60,714 bases of DNA, from positions 1 through 60,714 of the IMG/VR virus record IMGVR_UViG_3300010354_000094. The stretch is one strand, 5' to 3'. Positions 8,370-20,300 of this stretch are shown piece by piece. The stretch is from a virus. Taxonomy: Duplodnaviria; Caudoviricetes. Both the position numbers and the translations under genes were made by a program. Numbering within the stretch: the stretch's first letter is position 1; every line of letters begins with the position of its first letter. The notes under the pieces were generated by a model that worked only from the letters and a program-made list of their open reading frames with translations, did no database searches and had not been told where the DNA came from.

Positions 8370-10435
8370 TGTCAGTTATAAAAAGATCACCGTTTAAATT
8401 ACCTTCTCCCGGGCCTTATATTGCAATTATTCAGAGTCATTTAGATCCTACTTACATGGGAGGAGTAGAAGCAGTAATTATTCAAGGAGCCGGCATCGCC
8501 GCTAAGCCTCCTTATAACAAAAGTCAAACAGTTGTATTACATTATCTTAGTCCATTTTATGGAGTAACTTCTAAAGAATTCCAAGGTACTGATCCTAAAG
8601 AGTTCAACGATGTTCAAAAAAGCTATGGAATGTGGATGATACCCCCAGATATAGGTACAAGGGTAATGTGTATTTTTATAGATGGGGACACTAATCAGGG
8701 CTACTGGATAGGATGTGTACAGGATCGTTGGCAAAATCACATGGTACCTGGAATTGCCGCTAGTACTGATGTTGCATGGAAACCAGGACAGCAAGATGAG
8801 TATGGGGGTGTTGCTTTTGTTCCCGTCGCAGAATTTTTAAAAACAAAAGAGTCAGAAGATCAACCTCAAAAATTACATAGTAGTCCTAAACCAGTGCATC
8901 CTTTTGCAGATCGATTAAAAAAACAAGGACTGCTAGCTGATACAATACGTGGAACATCGTCAAGCAGTGCTAGAAGAGAAATCCCTAGCGCAGTGTTTGG
9001 AATAAGCACACCGGGTCAGGTACAGTTAACTGGCCGCCGTGCGTTTGTAGGTTACAAAGATAAAGATAATTATGAAATACCTATTAGCAGAAATGGCGGA
9101 CATTCTTTTGTCATGGATGACGGAGATGTTAATGGAAATAGTAATTTAGTTAGAATAAGATCAAGTGCCGGACATCAAATATTATTACACGACACTTCTA
9201 ATCTAATATACATTGCTAATGCAGATGGCACAGCTTGGATAGAAATGACCGCTCAGGGAAAAATAGATATTTTTTCTCAAGATAGTGTCAGTATTCATAC
9301 AGAAGCAGACTTTAATTTTAGAGCAGATCGAGATATAAATCTAGAAGCTGTAAGAAATATTAATATTAAAGCAGGTAATAATTTTACTTTAAATGCAGGT
9401 AATGATTTTAATCTACGTGCTGCTGTTACAGGAAAAATATTTGTAGATGGTGCATTAGAATCTTATGCAAAAACTGATTTAAAGCTAACAGCAGGGAATA
9501 TACATCAATATAGTTTAGGTACAATTAATTTGCTTTCAACCAAAGGCGGAACTAACGTTATGGTCTATGATGGAGATTATAAAGTCACTGCTAAAACAAT
9601 ACATCATAATGGCCCTAAAGCAGCAGATGCTGATTATGCCGCAGAAGCTATTCAGAATACTACTAAGCTCACTGATTATTCTATACCGTCAACTTCTAGC
9701 AGTCAAAATTGGAGTGAGCGTTATTCTTCAGGGGAAGCAGTATCCTTTTTACAACGAGTACCAATGCATGAACCTTGGAGCCAACATGAAAATTTAGATC
9801 CAGTAAAGTACACTGCGAACAATACTGATAGCTCGGCGGCCCGTGCGCCCTCCGGATCCAGTTCGGGATCATCTTCTAATAGCGGATCTGGTGTAAACGC
9901 ACCAGTACCGGGGACAAATCCTAATACACCGCCCGATTGGACTAAAGATACTGGATTTTTAAACAGAGTAAAAGCATTAGCTACTAAATTTAATGCAGAT
10001 TATCTTGACTTTTTAACGGTTATGATGGTAGAGACAGCGAGCACTATGAGTCCTAGTATAAGAAATCCTAGAGGAAGTGCTACAGGTCTAATTCAATTTA
10101 TTGAAAGTACAGCTAAAGGATTAGGTACAAGTACGAGTCAACTAGCTACTATGACCAGAGAACAGCAGATGCATTATGTTGAAGAATATTTTAATAGGCA
10201 ATATAAACAATTGATTAAAGATCCTAGCTTGAATAACATTTATATGGCTGTGTTTAGTCCTGCAACTGTAGGAAAACCTGATAATTCTCCATTGTATTCT
10301 AGAGATCAAGGTAGAAGCTACAGTGACAATATTGAATATGATCGAAACGGAGATGGTGTTATAACCAAAGCCGAGGCCTGCTCTGCACTACCTACCTTTA
10401 AAAAGAAGGTCAAAAAAGCTCTAGGTATTAGTTAA
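8369..10435 (+). CDS. Baseplate central spike (gp5/VgrG-like) with C-terminal lytic transglycosylase-like domain
   Basis: OB-fold SYGMWMIPPDIGTRV, GHSFVMDD/GHQILLHD, beta-helix repeats, Ser/Gly linker, then VE...ATGLIQF lysozyme-like domain. Confidence 0.85.
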   Translation: MSVIKRSPFKLPSPGPYIAIIQSHLDPTYMGGVEAVIIQGAGIAAKPPYNKSQTVVLHYLSPFYGVTSKEFQGTDPKEFNDVQKSYGMWMIPPDIGTRVMCIFIDGDTNQGYWIGCVQDRWQNHMVPGIAASTDVAWKPGQQDEYGGVAFVPVAEFLKTKESEDQPQKLHSSPKPVHPFADRLKKQGLLADTIRGTSSSSARREIPSAVFGISTPGQVQLTGRRAFVGYKDKDNYEIPISRNGGHSFVMDDGDVNGNSNLVRIRSSAGHQILLHDTSNLIYIANADGTAWIEMTAQGKIDIFSQDSVSIHTEADFNFRADRDINLEAVRNINIKAGNNFTLNAGNDFNLRAAVTGKIFVDGALESYAKTDLKLTAGNIHQYSLGTINLLSTKGGTNVMVYDGDYKVTAKTIHHNGPKAADADYAAEAIQNTTKLTDYSIPSTSSSQNWSERYSSGEAVSFLQRVPMHEPWSQHENLDPVKYTANNTDSSAARAPSGSSSGSSSNSGSGVNAPVPGTNPNTPPDWTKDTGFLNRVKALATKFNADYLDFLTVMMVETASTMSPSIRNPRGSATGLIQFIESTAKGLGTSTSQLATMTREQQMHYVEEYFNRQYKQLIKDPSLNNIYMAVFSPATVGKPDNSPLYSRDQGRSYSDNIEYDRNGDGVITKAEACSALPTFKKKVKKALGIS

Positions 10436-10441
10436 TAAATA
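10436..10441 (+). promoter_or_regulatory. Putative late promoter (TAAATA)
   Basis: TAAATA 5 nt before the gp25-like ATG. Confidence 0.45.
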
Positions 10442-10446
10442 TTGTT

Positions 10447-10881
10447 ATGGCCTACAAAAATCTAGTCATTAAACCTGCTAAAATTCCAAATGCAGACTCT
10501 GTAAAACAATCTCAATTTTACAAAGGCTTCAGTACGGTGTTTGATATTAAAAATAGTAAGGTATATGATAAAGAATTGGTTAAACAGGATTTAATAAACC
10601 ATTTTAATACCAAAAGAGGAGAACGGGTGATGAATCCTGAATTTGGTACTATAATTTGGGACTGCATATTTGAACCTTTGACTATAGAACTCAAAGAAGA
10701 AATCAAAAGCGACATAGAACGTATTCTAACCAGCGATCCTCGTCTATCTCCAGTGTCAGTTAATATTGTAGAAAAAGATTATGGATTATTATTAGAAATG
10801 ACAGTGATGCATGTAGAAACAAATCAAACCGAATCTATTCTGCTGAGCTTTGATAGAAACATCGGTTTAGTTGTTCAATAA
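10447..10881 (+). CDS. Baseplate wedge subunit (gp25-like)
   Basis: LINHFNTKRGERVMNPEFGT..IFEP...DPR motif. Confidence 0.9.
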   Translation: MAYKNLVIKPAKIPNADSVKQSQFYKGFSTVFDIKNSKVYDKELVKQDLINHFNTKRGERVMNPEFGTIIWDCIFEPLTIELKEEIKSDIERILTSDPRLSPVSVNIVEKDYGLLLEMTVMHVETNQTESILLSFDRNIGLVVQ

Positions 10882-10903
10882 TATACCTATATTATAAAAC
10901 AAA

Positions 10904-10909
10904 TAAATA
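10904..10909 (+). promoter_or_regulatory. Putative late promoter (TAAATA)
   Basis: TAAATA in the intergenic gap before the gp6-like gene. Confidence 0.45.
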
Positions 10910-10929
10910 CGGTATCTTAAGAAAAAACT

Positions 10930-13900
10930 ATGATACCATCAACTACAAATAAACTTTTGGTAACTGAAGACTGGAAAAAAATTTACCAGTCTTATAAAAA
11001 TGCGGACTTCAAAAGTTACGATTTTGAGACTTTACGTCGTACAATGATTACCTATCTCAGGGAAAATTACCCTGAGGATTTTAATGATTATATTGATAGC
11101 AGTGAATACATTGCACTTATTGATCTAATTGCCTATTTAGGTCAAAATTTAAGTTTTCGTATAGATTTAAATGCTAGAGAAAACTTTTTAGAAACTGCCG
11201 AACGAAGAGAAAGCATCTTAAGATTAGCGAGGTTAATTAATTATAACGCTAAACGTAATGTTCCTGCTAGCGGCTTATTAAAAATTAATTCAGTACTCAC
11301 TACCGATAGTGTATTAGATAGTAATAATGTTAATCTTGCAAATACTGTAGTTAGTTGGAACGATTCGACTAACCCCAATTGGTATCAACAATTTATTGCT
11401 ATTTTGAACAGTGCAATGATTAGCACATCATCTTTTGGAAAACCTACTGCTAAAGGTGTAATTGAAGGTATAAGAACAGAACAATATAAACTGAATACAA
11501 ACAATTCAGGCGTCCCAGTTTACACTTTTAATAAATCTATCAATGGTATTAATTTAACTTTTGAGATTGTTTCTACAGACCTGGGCGATTCATTAAAAGA
11601 ACAAAATCCTAAACCAGGAAATGCTTTTAGTTTTGTTTATAGAAATGATAATCAAGGTAATAATAGTTCTAATACTGGATTTTTTGTTCACTTTAAACAA
11701 GGCACATTATCTATAGCAGACTTTACTATAGATAATCCTGTACCAAATGAAGTTATCGGTATAGATGCTCCTAATATTAATGATACAGATGTTTGGTTAT
11801 GGCAACTAAACGCAGACGGCACATATCCTGATAGCCCTTGGACAAAAGTGGCGGCCACTTCTGGTAATAATGTTATCTATAACAGTATTTCAGGAAGTAG
11901 AAATATCTATGCAGTCCTTACGAGAGACCAGGATCAGATTGATTTAAATTTTGCGGATGGAAGTTTTGGTAATTTACCTAAAGGTGCTTTCAAACTATTT
12001 TATAGACAGAGTAACGGATCCTCGTATAATATTGCTCCAGCACAGTTAAGTAATATTAGTTTTGACATCACGTATGTTAATAAGGCAGGTCAAACTCATA
12101 CATTAACAGTACTAGCAGGACTAAATTATCCTGTCACTAATGCATCAGGCCCAGAGTCGGATGCTGATATTAAATTAAAAGCTCCTCAAGTTTATTATTC
12201 GCAAAATAGAATGGTTACTGGTGAGGATTATAATATATTACCGTTAACTGCCGGCACAGATATTTTAAAGGTTAAAACAGTTAATAGAATTAGTAGCGGA
12301 ATTTCAAGATACTATGAACTTTCAGATGTTAGCGGAAAGTATAGTAGTCTTAATGTTTTTGCTAATGATGGAATAATTTATAAAGAAACAAATGAATACT
12401 CTTTTGAATATGACCTTGGTACCAAAAACGAAATAAGAACAGCTATTCGAAAAAATTTAAAAGATGTTGTTACGAGTAAAGAGTTTAGATCGTTTTACTA
12501 CGATAGATATACTAGACCTAGCTTCTCTGGTTATAATATTAAGTGGGTTCAAGGAACAAAGACTACAAATCAAACTACAGGATACTTTGAAATAGACGAA
12601 TTAGGTATTAATCAATATCAACCTGTACCGGCTGGGGAATTTTCTAGTAATAATTTAAAATTTGCTACCGAGGGTTCTTTGATAAAATTTAAAGCCCCTA
12701 TGCGATCTGACCCAAGCATTGTTAATAATACTTCAACTCAGCAAACCTATTTTCTTCCAAACGGCAAACTAACTTTTAAACCAGATAATGCTACTACTGA
12801 TTATAAATGGAGTAAGGTAGTAAACATCGTTTTAGACGGATACAATGAAGGCAAAGGCTTGTTATCTTCGGGCCTTGGTCCAGTCACTATAACAGGTAAC
12901 ATACCAACTGATGCTGTACCTGAAGAAATTATACCTAAATTTGTTTCAGTTATATCTGAAGCATTGGAAACTGAAATTATTAATCTTTCGTTGACTAAGG
13001 GTAATTTTGGAATAGGCCTAGACCAAGAAAAAACAGAATGGTATATTATTTCAGATTCTAATATTGACTTAAGATCAGATTTTAGTCTATTAAATCAGAA
13101 AGATAGTAGCAACACCAACAAAGATTCTAGTTGGATGATTGCATTCGAATGGACAGGTAAGAAATACAAAGTCAGGTATAGAGTTATCGATTATCTTTTT
13201 GAAAGCCAAAAAGAAACTGCCTTCTATGTAGATACTAGTAAAATTAATTATGATTATATTAACGACTCGGTAATCAAGGATAAAATTACAGTATTAGGAA
13301 TAAACACAGATGCTACTGCAACAACATCTATAAGATTTGATCAAGAATGGCAAATTGATGATTCTGTGTTAGAGTTAGATGGCTATCAAAATCCTAAAAA
13401 AGTAAAAATAAGCTTTTATGATAAAGATGAAGACGGGTTAATAGATAACCCTGACAGCTTTGAATTAATAGTTAAACCTGATTCAATAAATGTTCAATCG
13501 GGCTTTAAAGATAAGTTTGTTGTTTTCAAGCGCTCGTCGGACGGATTAAGGTACAATTTAATAGATTCTACAGATTTTTATTTTTATCCAACTGAATCAA
13601 ATGTTCCAAATTCGCAAAAAGAGGACGGGCAATTTTTCTATTTTTATGATCCTTCTGCGGACGTAGTTAAAAAATGGTCTTCCTCATTAGGTGATTTTGA
13701 TCTTCAGATAGATTATTTTGCTAGACCGGGCAGATCAGGATTGAAGTTTTCTTATAATCATAAAGCAGTTGAGACACGACGAATAGATCCTAGTAAAACA
13801 AATTTAATGGACATCTATATGTTAACCAAAAGTTATGACACTGATTTTAGAAATTGGTTAATATCAGATGAAGGATTAGAACCATTAGCCCCTACAAGTC

Positions 13901-14382
13901 AATCATTAGAAATTTTATATAGCTCTGCCTTAACGCCTATAAAATCTATCAGTGATGAATTAGTGTTTCATCCTGTAAGTTATAAGATACTTTTTGGAAA
14001 CAGAGCGGCTCCTTTACTTCAGGCAACTTTTAAGGCAGTTCGAAATTCTTCTAGACCAACAAGCGATAATGATCTAAAGGCAAGAATTCTAAAAGCAATT
14101 AGTGATTTTTTTGCAATAGAAAATTGGGAATTTGGTCAATCATTTTATTTTTCAGAATTAGCAACCTATGTAATGAATATTATGAGTCCTGACATAACAA
14201 ACTTTGTAATTGTTCCTAAACAAAACTCAACGTTCGGAAGTTTATTTGAGATAAAATGTCAAGGGAACGAAGTATTCATTTCTAGTGCCAGCGCCACTGA
14301 TATAGAAATAATTGATTCATTAACCGCTACAGAAATTAAATCATCAGGCAATATTGTAACTACATCAGGAGGTCAGCAGTAA
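10930..14382 (+). CDS. Baseplate wedge subunit (gp6-like, extended)
   Basis: DFETLR, DLIAY, ENFLETAERRESILRLA, FADGSFG, ESDADIKLKAP..YYSQNRMVTGEDY motifs. Confidence 0.9.
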   Translation: MIPSTTNKLLVTEDWKKIYQSYKNADFKSYDFETLRRTMITYLRENYPEDFNDYIDSSEYIALIDLIAYLGQNLSFRIDLNARENFLETAERRESILRLARLINYNAKRNVPASGLLKINSVLTTDSVLDSNNVNLANTVVSWNDSTNPNWYQQFIAILNSAMISTSSFGKPTAKGVIEGIRTEQYKLNTNNSGVPVYTFNKSINGINLTFEIVSTDLGDSLKEQNPKPGNAFSFVYRNDNQGNNSSNTGFFVHFKQGTLSIADFTIDNPVPNEVIGIDAPNINDTDVWLWQLNADGTYPDSPWTKVAATSGNNVIYNSISGSRNIYAVLTRDQDQIDLNFADGSFGNLPKGAFKLFYRQSNGSSYNIAPAQLSNISFDITYVNKAGQTHTLTVLAGLNYPVTNASGPESDADIKLKAPQVYYSQNRMVTGEDYNILPLTAGTDILKVKTVNRISSGISRYYELSDVSGKYSSLNVFANDGIIYKETNEYSFEYDLGTKNEIRTAIRKNLKDVVTSKEFRSFYYDRYTRPSFSGYNIKWVQGTKTTNQTTGYFEIDELGINQYQPVPAGEFSSNNLKFATEGSLIKFKAPMRSDPSIVNNTSTQQTYFLPNGKLTFKPDNATTDYKWSKVVNIVLDGYNEGKGLLSSGLGPVTITGNIPTDAVPEEIIPKFVSVISEALETEIINLSLTKGNFGIGLDQEKTEWYIISDSNIDLRSDFSLLNQKDSSNTNKDSSWMIAFEWTGKKYKVRYRVIDYLFESQKETAFYVDTSKINYDYINDSVIKDKITVLGINTDATATTSIRFDQEWQIDDSVLELDGYQNPKKVKISFYDKDEDGLIDNPDSFELIVKPDSINVQSGFKDKFVVFKRSSDGLRYNLIDSTDFYFYPTESNVPNSQKEDGQFFYFYDPSADVVKKWSSSLGDFDLQIDYFARPGRSGLKFSYNHKAVETRRIDPSKTNLMDIYMLTKSYDTDFRNWLISDEGLEPLAPTSQSLEILYSSALTPIKSISDELVFHPVSYKILFGNRAAPLLQATFKAVRNSSRPTSDNDLKARILKAISDFFAIENWEFGQSFYFSELATYVMNIMSPDITNFVIVPKQNSTFGSLFEIKCQGNEVFISSASATDIEIIDSLTATEIKSSGNIVTTSGGQQ

Positions 14383-17300
14383 TGGTTTCTAATTACAAAG
14401 GTCGTAGGTCGTCGGATTTACTTCCTGCATTTTTTAAAACAGAAAAAAATAGAAAGTTCTTAACCAGTACTATTGATCAGCTAATTAATCCTCCGGCATT
14501 AAGTAGGATTGATGCATTTGTTGGTAGTAAGAACACGCCTAATTATAAGTCAACTGATCTTTATGTTGCAGAAACTAATCCGTTGAGGCAGCAATATCAA
14601 TTAGAACCTGCTCTTATAGTAAAAAATGAAACTCAAGAAATTAAAAAGACTCTAGCATTTGACGATTTAATTAATCAGTTAAACTCATTTGGTGGAACTG
14701 TTTCAGATTTAAACAGGTTATTTCAACCACATTACTATTCTTACGATCCAAAAATAGATTGGGACAAATTTATTAATTTTAGAGAATACTATTGGTTACC
14801 AACTGGCCCTTCAACAATTACAGTAACAGGTGAGCAGGTAGCTCCGATATCTACTATTTCTGTAACAGATGCAGAGGACAAGATTCAATTTGTATTTGGG
14901 GGTTTAACAACTAGCGAAAAATTGGTTTTATATCGTGGTTATACCTATGTGTTTGAAGTTGATTCTATACATAATTTTTATATAAAATATACCAATCAGG
15001 TCGGACCTGCTGACCAATATACAAACAATGTTTCTAATAACGGAGTTAAAAAGGGTCAAATAATTTTCACTATTGATTGGACCACTCCAGCAAGATTATT
15101 CTATACATCAAATGATGAGCAACTTAGCACAGGCGAAATTATTATTAAGGAGCCTCAAGAAAATTCAACAATCAATGTTGAAGATGAGATCGTTGGCAAG
15201 ATAAATTACACTTCTTCTAACAACATTAAATTTATTAATGGTTTAAAGATTAGATTTGGGGGAACAGTATTTCCTGAATACTATCGAGATTCTGATTTTA
15301 TTGTTGAAGGTGTTGGTGACTCTATCAAACTTATCAAGTTTTCTTTATTATCTACACCTGATGTAATTGCTGATCTTGTTAATGATAAGTTCGATGGAAC
15401 TAACTTTGATCAGTTTCCTTTTGATAACTTTAAAAATATTCCTTTAGTTCCCGAGTATATTACAATTAACAAAGCTAGTAAAGATCTAAATCCTTGGACT
15501 AGATATAATAGATGGTTCCACTCAGATGTAATAAAAGCATCTGCTGAATTTAATAACGCAGTACCTGACTTTCCTCAAGAATACAGAGCCACTAGACCTA
15601 TTATTGAGTTTAAAGCAAACTTGCAACTTTATAAATTTGGTGATACAGCCATAGGGAACATTGACTTAATTGATAATATGACAACTGATGCTTTTGGTAT
15701 TGCCGAAAGCGTTGATGGTTATTATATTGATCATGTAAGAGTTGAAGAAGGTTATAGAGTTATATTCAATGCTGATTCAGATCCTCTAGTAAGAGGTAAA
15801 GTTTTTAGAGCAACTTATTCTAAAGTTTGGCGTAAAACTATTAATCCAGTAACCGGACAACTTGTAGTTAGTAATACAGAATATGATTTAAAATTAAATC
15901 TAGAATTAGAATCAGATGCTCCAGTTGAAGGCTCATCGATACTAGTTACCAAAGGTAATTCAGATGCCGGTAGTAGTTATTATTTTGATGGAACACTTTG
16001 GATAAAATCCCAACAAAGAACTTATAGGAATCAACCCCCGTTATTTGACCTGTTTGATAAAGACGGCAATAGCTATGGGGGAAAATATTACTTAACAAAC
16101 TTTACAGGTAATAAGATATTCGGATACGGAATAGGCACAGGAACCCCTGATCCTGTTTTAGGATTTCCCTTACAGTATAAGAATGTAGGAGTTGAAGGTA
16201 CTTATTTGTTTAATAACTATTTTTCAAATCAGGAGATTATAGTTGTTGAAAATAATGAAACAAAAATTGTACCTAGCGAAACTTCTTTCTTTAGAATTAA
16301 TGATAGCCAAACAATTTTTGCAAATATTTGGGTAGTAGCTGAAGAGTATGAAATTCCTAAATTAGATAATGGCCTGTATGAAGTTCCATTAAATTTGACT
16401 AATAACCCTAATAACGCCAGGATCTCAGACTTTACACTAACCGAATTGTCGGATCATGTTAAAACAATGGTATCCAGGGATTCTAAATTTGAAGGTCTAT
16501 TTCCAGGTCTAAGTAATTTAAAAGATTTACCAAATATAGCAAAATACGGTAATAGAATTATTTCTAATATAAATTCTATGGCCTTCCCCTTACACTTCAT
16601 TGCTGATAAAGAAAATAATGTTATTGATGCAATAAAATTAGTATCGGACCAATATAATCAATTTAAATTCAGTCTTATTAAATCTTTCTTAGAAGTAGAT
16701 AGGACAGATTCTCCTATAGATGCACTTGATTCTATATTAACTAAACTTAACCAAAATAAGACTACTACTTTTCCATATTTTAATAGTTTAATGTTGGGAT
16801 ACGGAACCGGTGCCATTGTAAGGAATTATAGAGTTACTGATTCTAGAAATACTACATATTCTTTACCTAGTGATTATTCTCCTTCGGATGTTGCAAGCAG
16901 AGCAGTTTACATCTACTTAAATGGAACTCAACTAATAAATGAATTAGAATATAAAATAAGTGCTTATAGTAGTAATTTTGAAATACTTGTTCCGTTAGAA
17001 AGAGGAGATTTAATTCTTGTTAAAGATTATAAATCTATTGAAGGTAACTTTGTACCACCTACTCCTACTTCGTTAGGATTATATCCAAAGTTTGAACCAA
17101 AAATTTATCTTGACGATACCTATGCAGGAGATCCGGTAAATGTAATCCAAGGCCATGATGGTAGTTTGACTGTGGCATTTAATGATTACAGAGATGATAT
17201 TATATTAGAATTTGAAAAGCGTGTTTATAATAATATTAAAATTTCTTATAACATCGATATTTTTGATATCAATAAAATTTTACCAGGTGCTTTTAGATCT

Positions 17301-20300
17301 ACTCAATATAATTATTGGGAAGTTATTAATCTTGTATATAGAGACTTTTTAAAATGGAAGAGTTCCTATACTGTTGAATTTGAAAAAAATACAGCGTGGG
17401 ATGTTAATAATCATAGAACTTATAATTATGGATCTATTGATGGACCTCTAGGCGAAAAACTACCGGGCAATTGGAGAGCAATATTTAAGCTGTATTTTGA
17501 TACTGATAGGCCCCACCTATGTCCATGGGAAATGTTAGGGTTTTCAAATAAGCCAGACTGGTGGGAATCTGCGTACGGTCCTGCTCCTTATACTTCTGGA
17601 AACTTGCTAATGTGGGAAGATATTGCAGAAGGTAGGATAATTCAAGGCCCGAGACAAGGATTACACGCCACGTATGCTAGACCCGGTTTGTTGGATTTAC
17701 TTCCTATAGACGATGAAGGTAATCTTGTTGACGTAAGGAATTGGCATATTCTAGGTCAGGCTGATGCATTGCAGGATTCAAACGCATCTTGGAAATTTGG
17801 TGATCACGGTCCGGCAGAAACTTCTTGGAGAAGAAGCAGCTATTGGCCTTATGCAGTGCAGATTATTCTTGCGTTGATTAAGCCTAGCCTATACGGAAGT
17901 CTTATGTTTGATACCAGTAGAGTAAACAAAGACAAAATAGGTAATATAGTTTATTCTAATGATGGATTATTTTTAAGTACAAGAAGATTGTTAGTTCCGT
18001 ACGATGTTGTTAATTCTAAGAAAGTTCTTTGTACAGGTTACAGTGTATTTCTTGTTGAAGCAGGTTTGCAAAGGACACTAGAATATATTAATAATCTTAA
18101 ATCAGATTTAAAATTTTCTAATTTCCACTTAATGCATAAAGTTGGTGGGTTCATTAGTAAAGATAAAATTGAAGTTGTAATTGATAGTGTAAATCCTAAT
18201 AGTATTAGTCCGGGTGTTTTATTACCTTTAGAAGATTATAGTATTTTCTTCAATGTCGGTAACACTGTTCAAACTGTCTCAGCTTCTGGCATGATTATAC
18301 AAAAATACAACAATAATCAGTATATTGTTAGAGGATATGATAGAGTTAACCCATATTTTACAGTTTACGATCCTATTCATCAGAAGTCAGATAAATCGTT
18401 AACGGTTGGAGGGAAGTCTGAAGATTATTCATTATGGTCTGCTAACTTTTTTTATAGTGCAGGAGATGTTGTCTCGTATCAAAATCAGTTTTATAGAGTT
18501 GTAACCAATCATAATTCTGGTCAAACATTTAATTCAAAATTCTATTCTAACTTAAGAGTATTGCCTACAGTTGGGGGAACAACAGCGGCTATTAGCGATG
18601 TATATGAAACATCATCTAGGAAAGTTTCCTATGGTGTAATATTAGACTCAGTTCAAGCAGTAGTCGACTTAATGTTAGGTTACGGAAAATTTTTAGAAAC
18701 TGAAGGTTTTATATTCGATGACTTCAATGTTGATTTGAATCAAGATATTAATTGGAAATTTAGTGTTAAAGAATTTTTATTCTGGACAACTCAAAATTGG
18801 GCCAACGACAGTGTTATAGCAGTAAGTCCTTTTGCAAATAAGATAACCTTTACTAGCCACGATTCTGTTGTAGACAATGTTTTTAATAGTTTCTATGAAT
18901 ATAATATTTTTAATGCTAGCGGTAATGCATTTCCTAAAGAAGATTTTAATTTAATAAGAAATGAAGCTACATGTACTATTACTACTGATCGAGAAGAAGA
19001 AGGTATTTTCTTTATAAGATTAAGATTAGTACAAAAAGAACATGTTTTAATTTTGAATAATCGTAGTAGGTTTAATGATGTAATTTATGACACTGAAAAG
19101 GGTTATAGACAGCGAAGAATAAGATTAATTGGATTTAAAACGTCTGAATGGAATGGAGATTATTTCAGTCCGGGATTTGTATACGATAGCTCCGTTATTA
19201 AAAAATGGACGCCTTATACTGATTATCTTGCAGGCGACGTTGTAGAATATACCGGAAATTATTACAGTTTAATAAAGAATCTTTCTGGAACTGAAAAGTT
19301 TAATTACACTGATTGGAGCTTGTTAGGGAACAAACCTGTAGCTCAATTAATACCTAATTTTGATTATAAAATTAATCAGTTTGAAGATTTTTATAGTTTA
19401 GATATTGATAATTTTGATGTAAGCCAACAACAGTTAGCACAGCATTTAATTGGTTATAGTTCTAGAGTCTATCTATCTAATATATTCATCGATCCTATTG
19501 CTCAATATAAATTTTACCAAGGATTTATTAGAGAAAAGGGCACTCGTAATGCTTTAGAAAAATTAGCCAAAGCTAGTGTAAATAATCTTCAAGGAAAAAT
19601 TGACTTTAATGAAGAATGGGCATTTAGAGTTGGACATTTTGGTGCTTATTCTAGCTTAGATGAGCTAGAGTTTCCTTTAGAAGAAAACAAATTTTTGGAT
19701 AACAGCCAAGTTATAAAATTTGTTGCATCGGAACCCGGCATAGATTTTGATATAACAAATTATATAACAGAAGACAAGTTATCAATGAAGCCGCAGGATT
19801 TTGATATTTCTTCGGTATTTGCAACTAAGTCGCAAACTTATGCGGAAAATGATTATGTATTACCTGTAGCAGGATATGCTAGAGTAGAAGATGTACACTA
19901 TGCTATCAAAGATAAGGCGTCATTATATAATTTTACAACCAGTACTTTTATAAAAACTGGTGATACTGTATGGATAGGTTTTGAAGAAGATGGTGATTGG
20001 GGAATGTATAGATATGCTAGACTGTCTCCTGTTGTTGTTAATGTTGAAACTGACATAGCTGGACAAACTTTACTTTTTACTACAGATGTTTATCACGGGC
20101 TATCCGAAGGCGAGATTATTGCAATCACTAGATTTGAAGATACTTTAGACGGTGTTTACAAAATTAAAAGTGTACCTTTGTTAAATCAGATAATTGTAGA
20201 ATCTACAATTATACCTGGCAATACATTTACGCCTTACGGAGTGTTGTTTAAGTTTGTTAAATGTAGATTTGATTCTTTTGATGATCTTGCTAATACTGAA

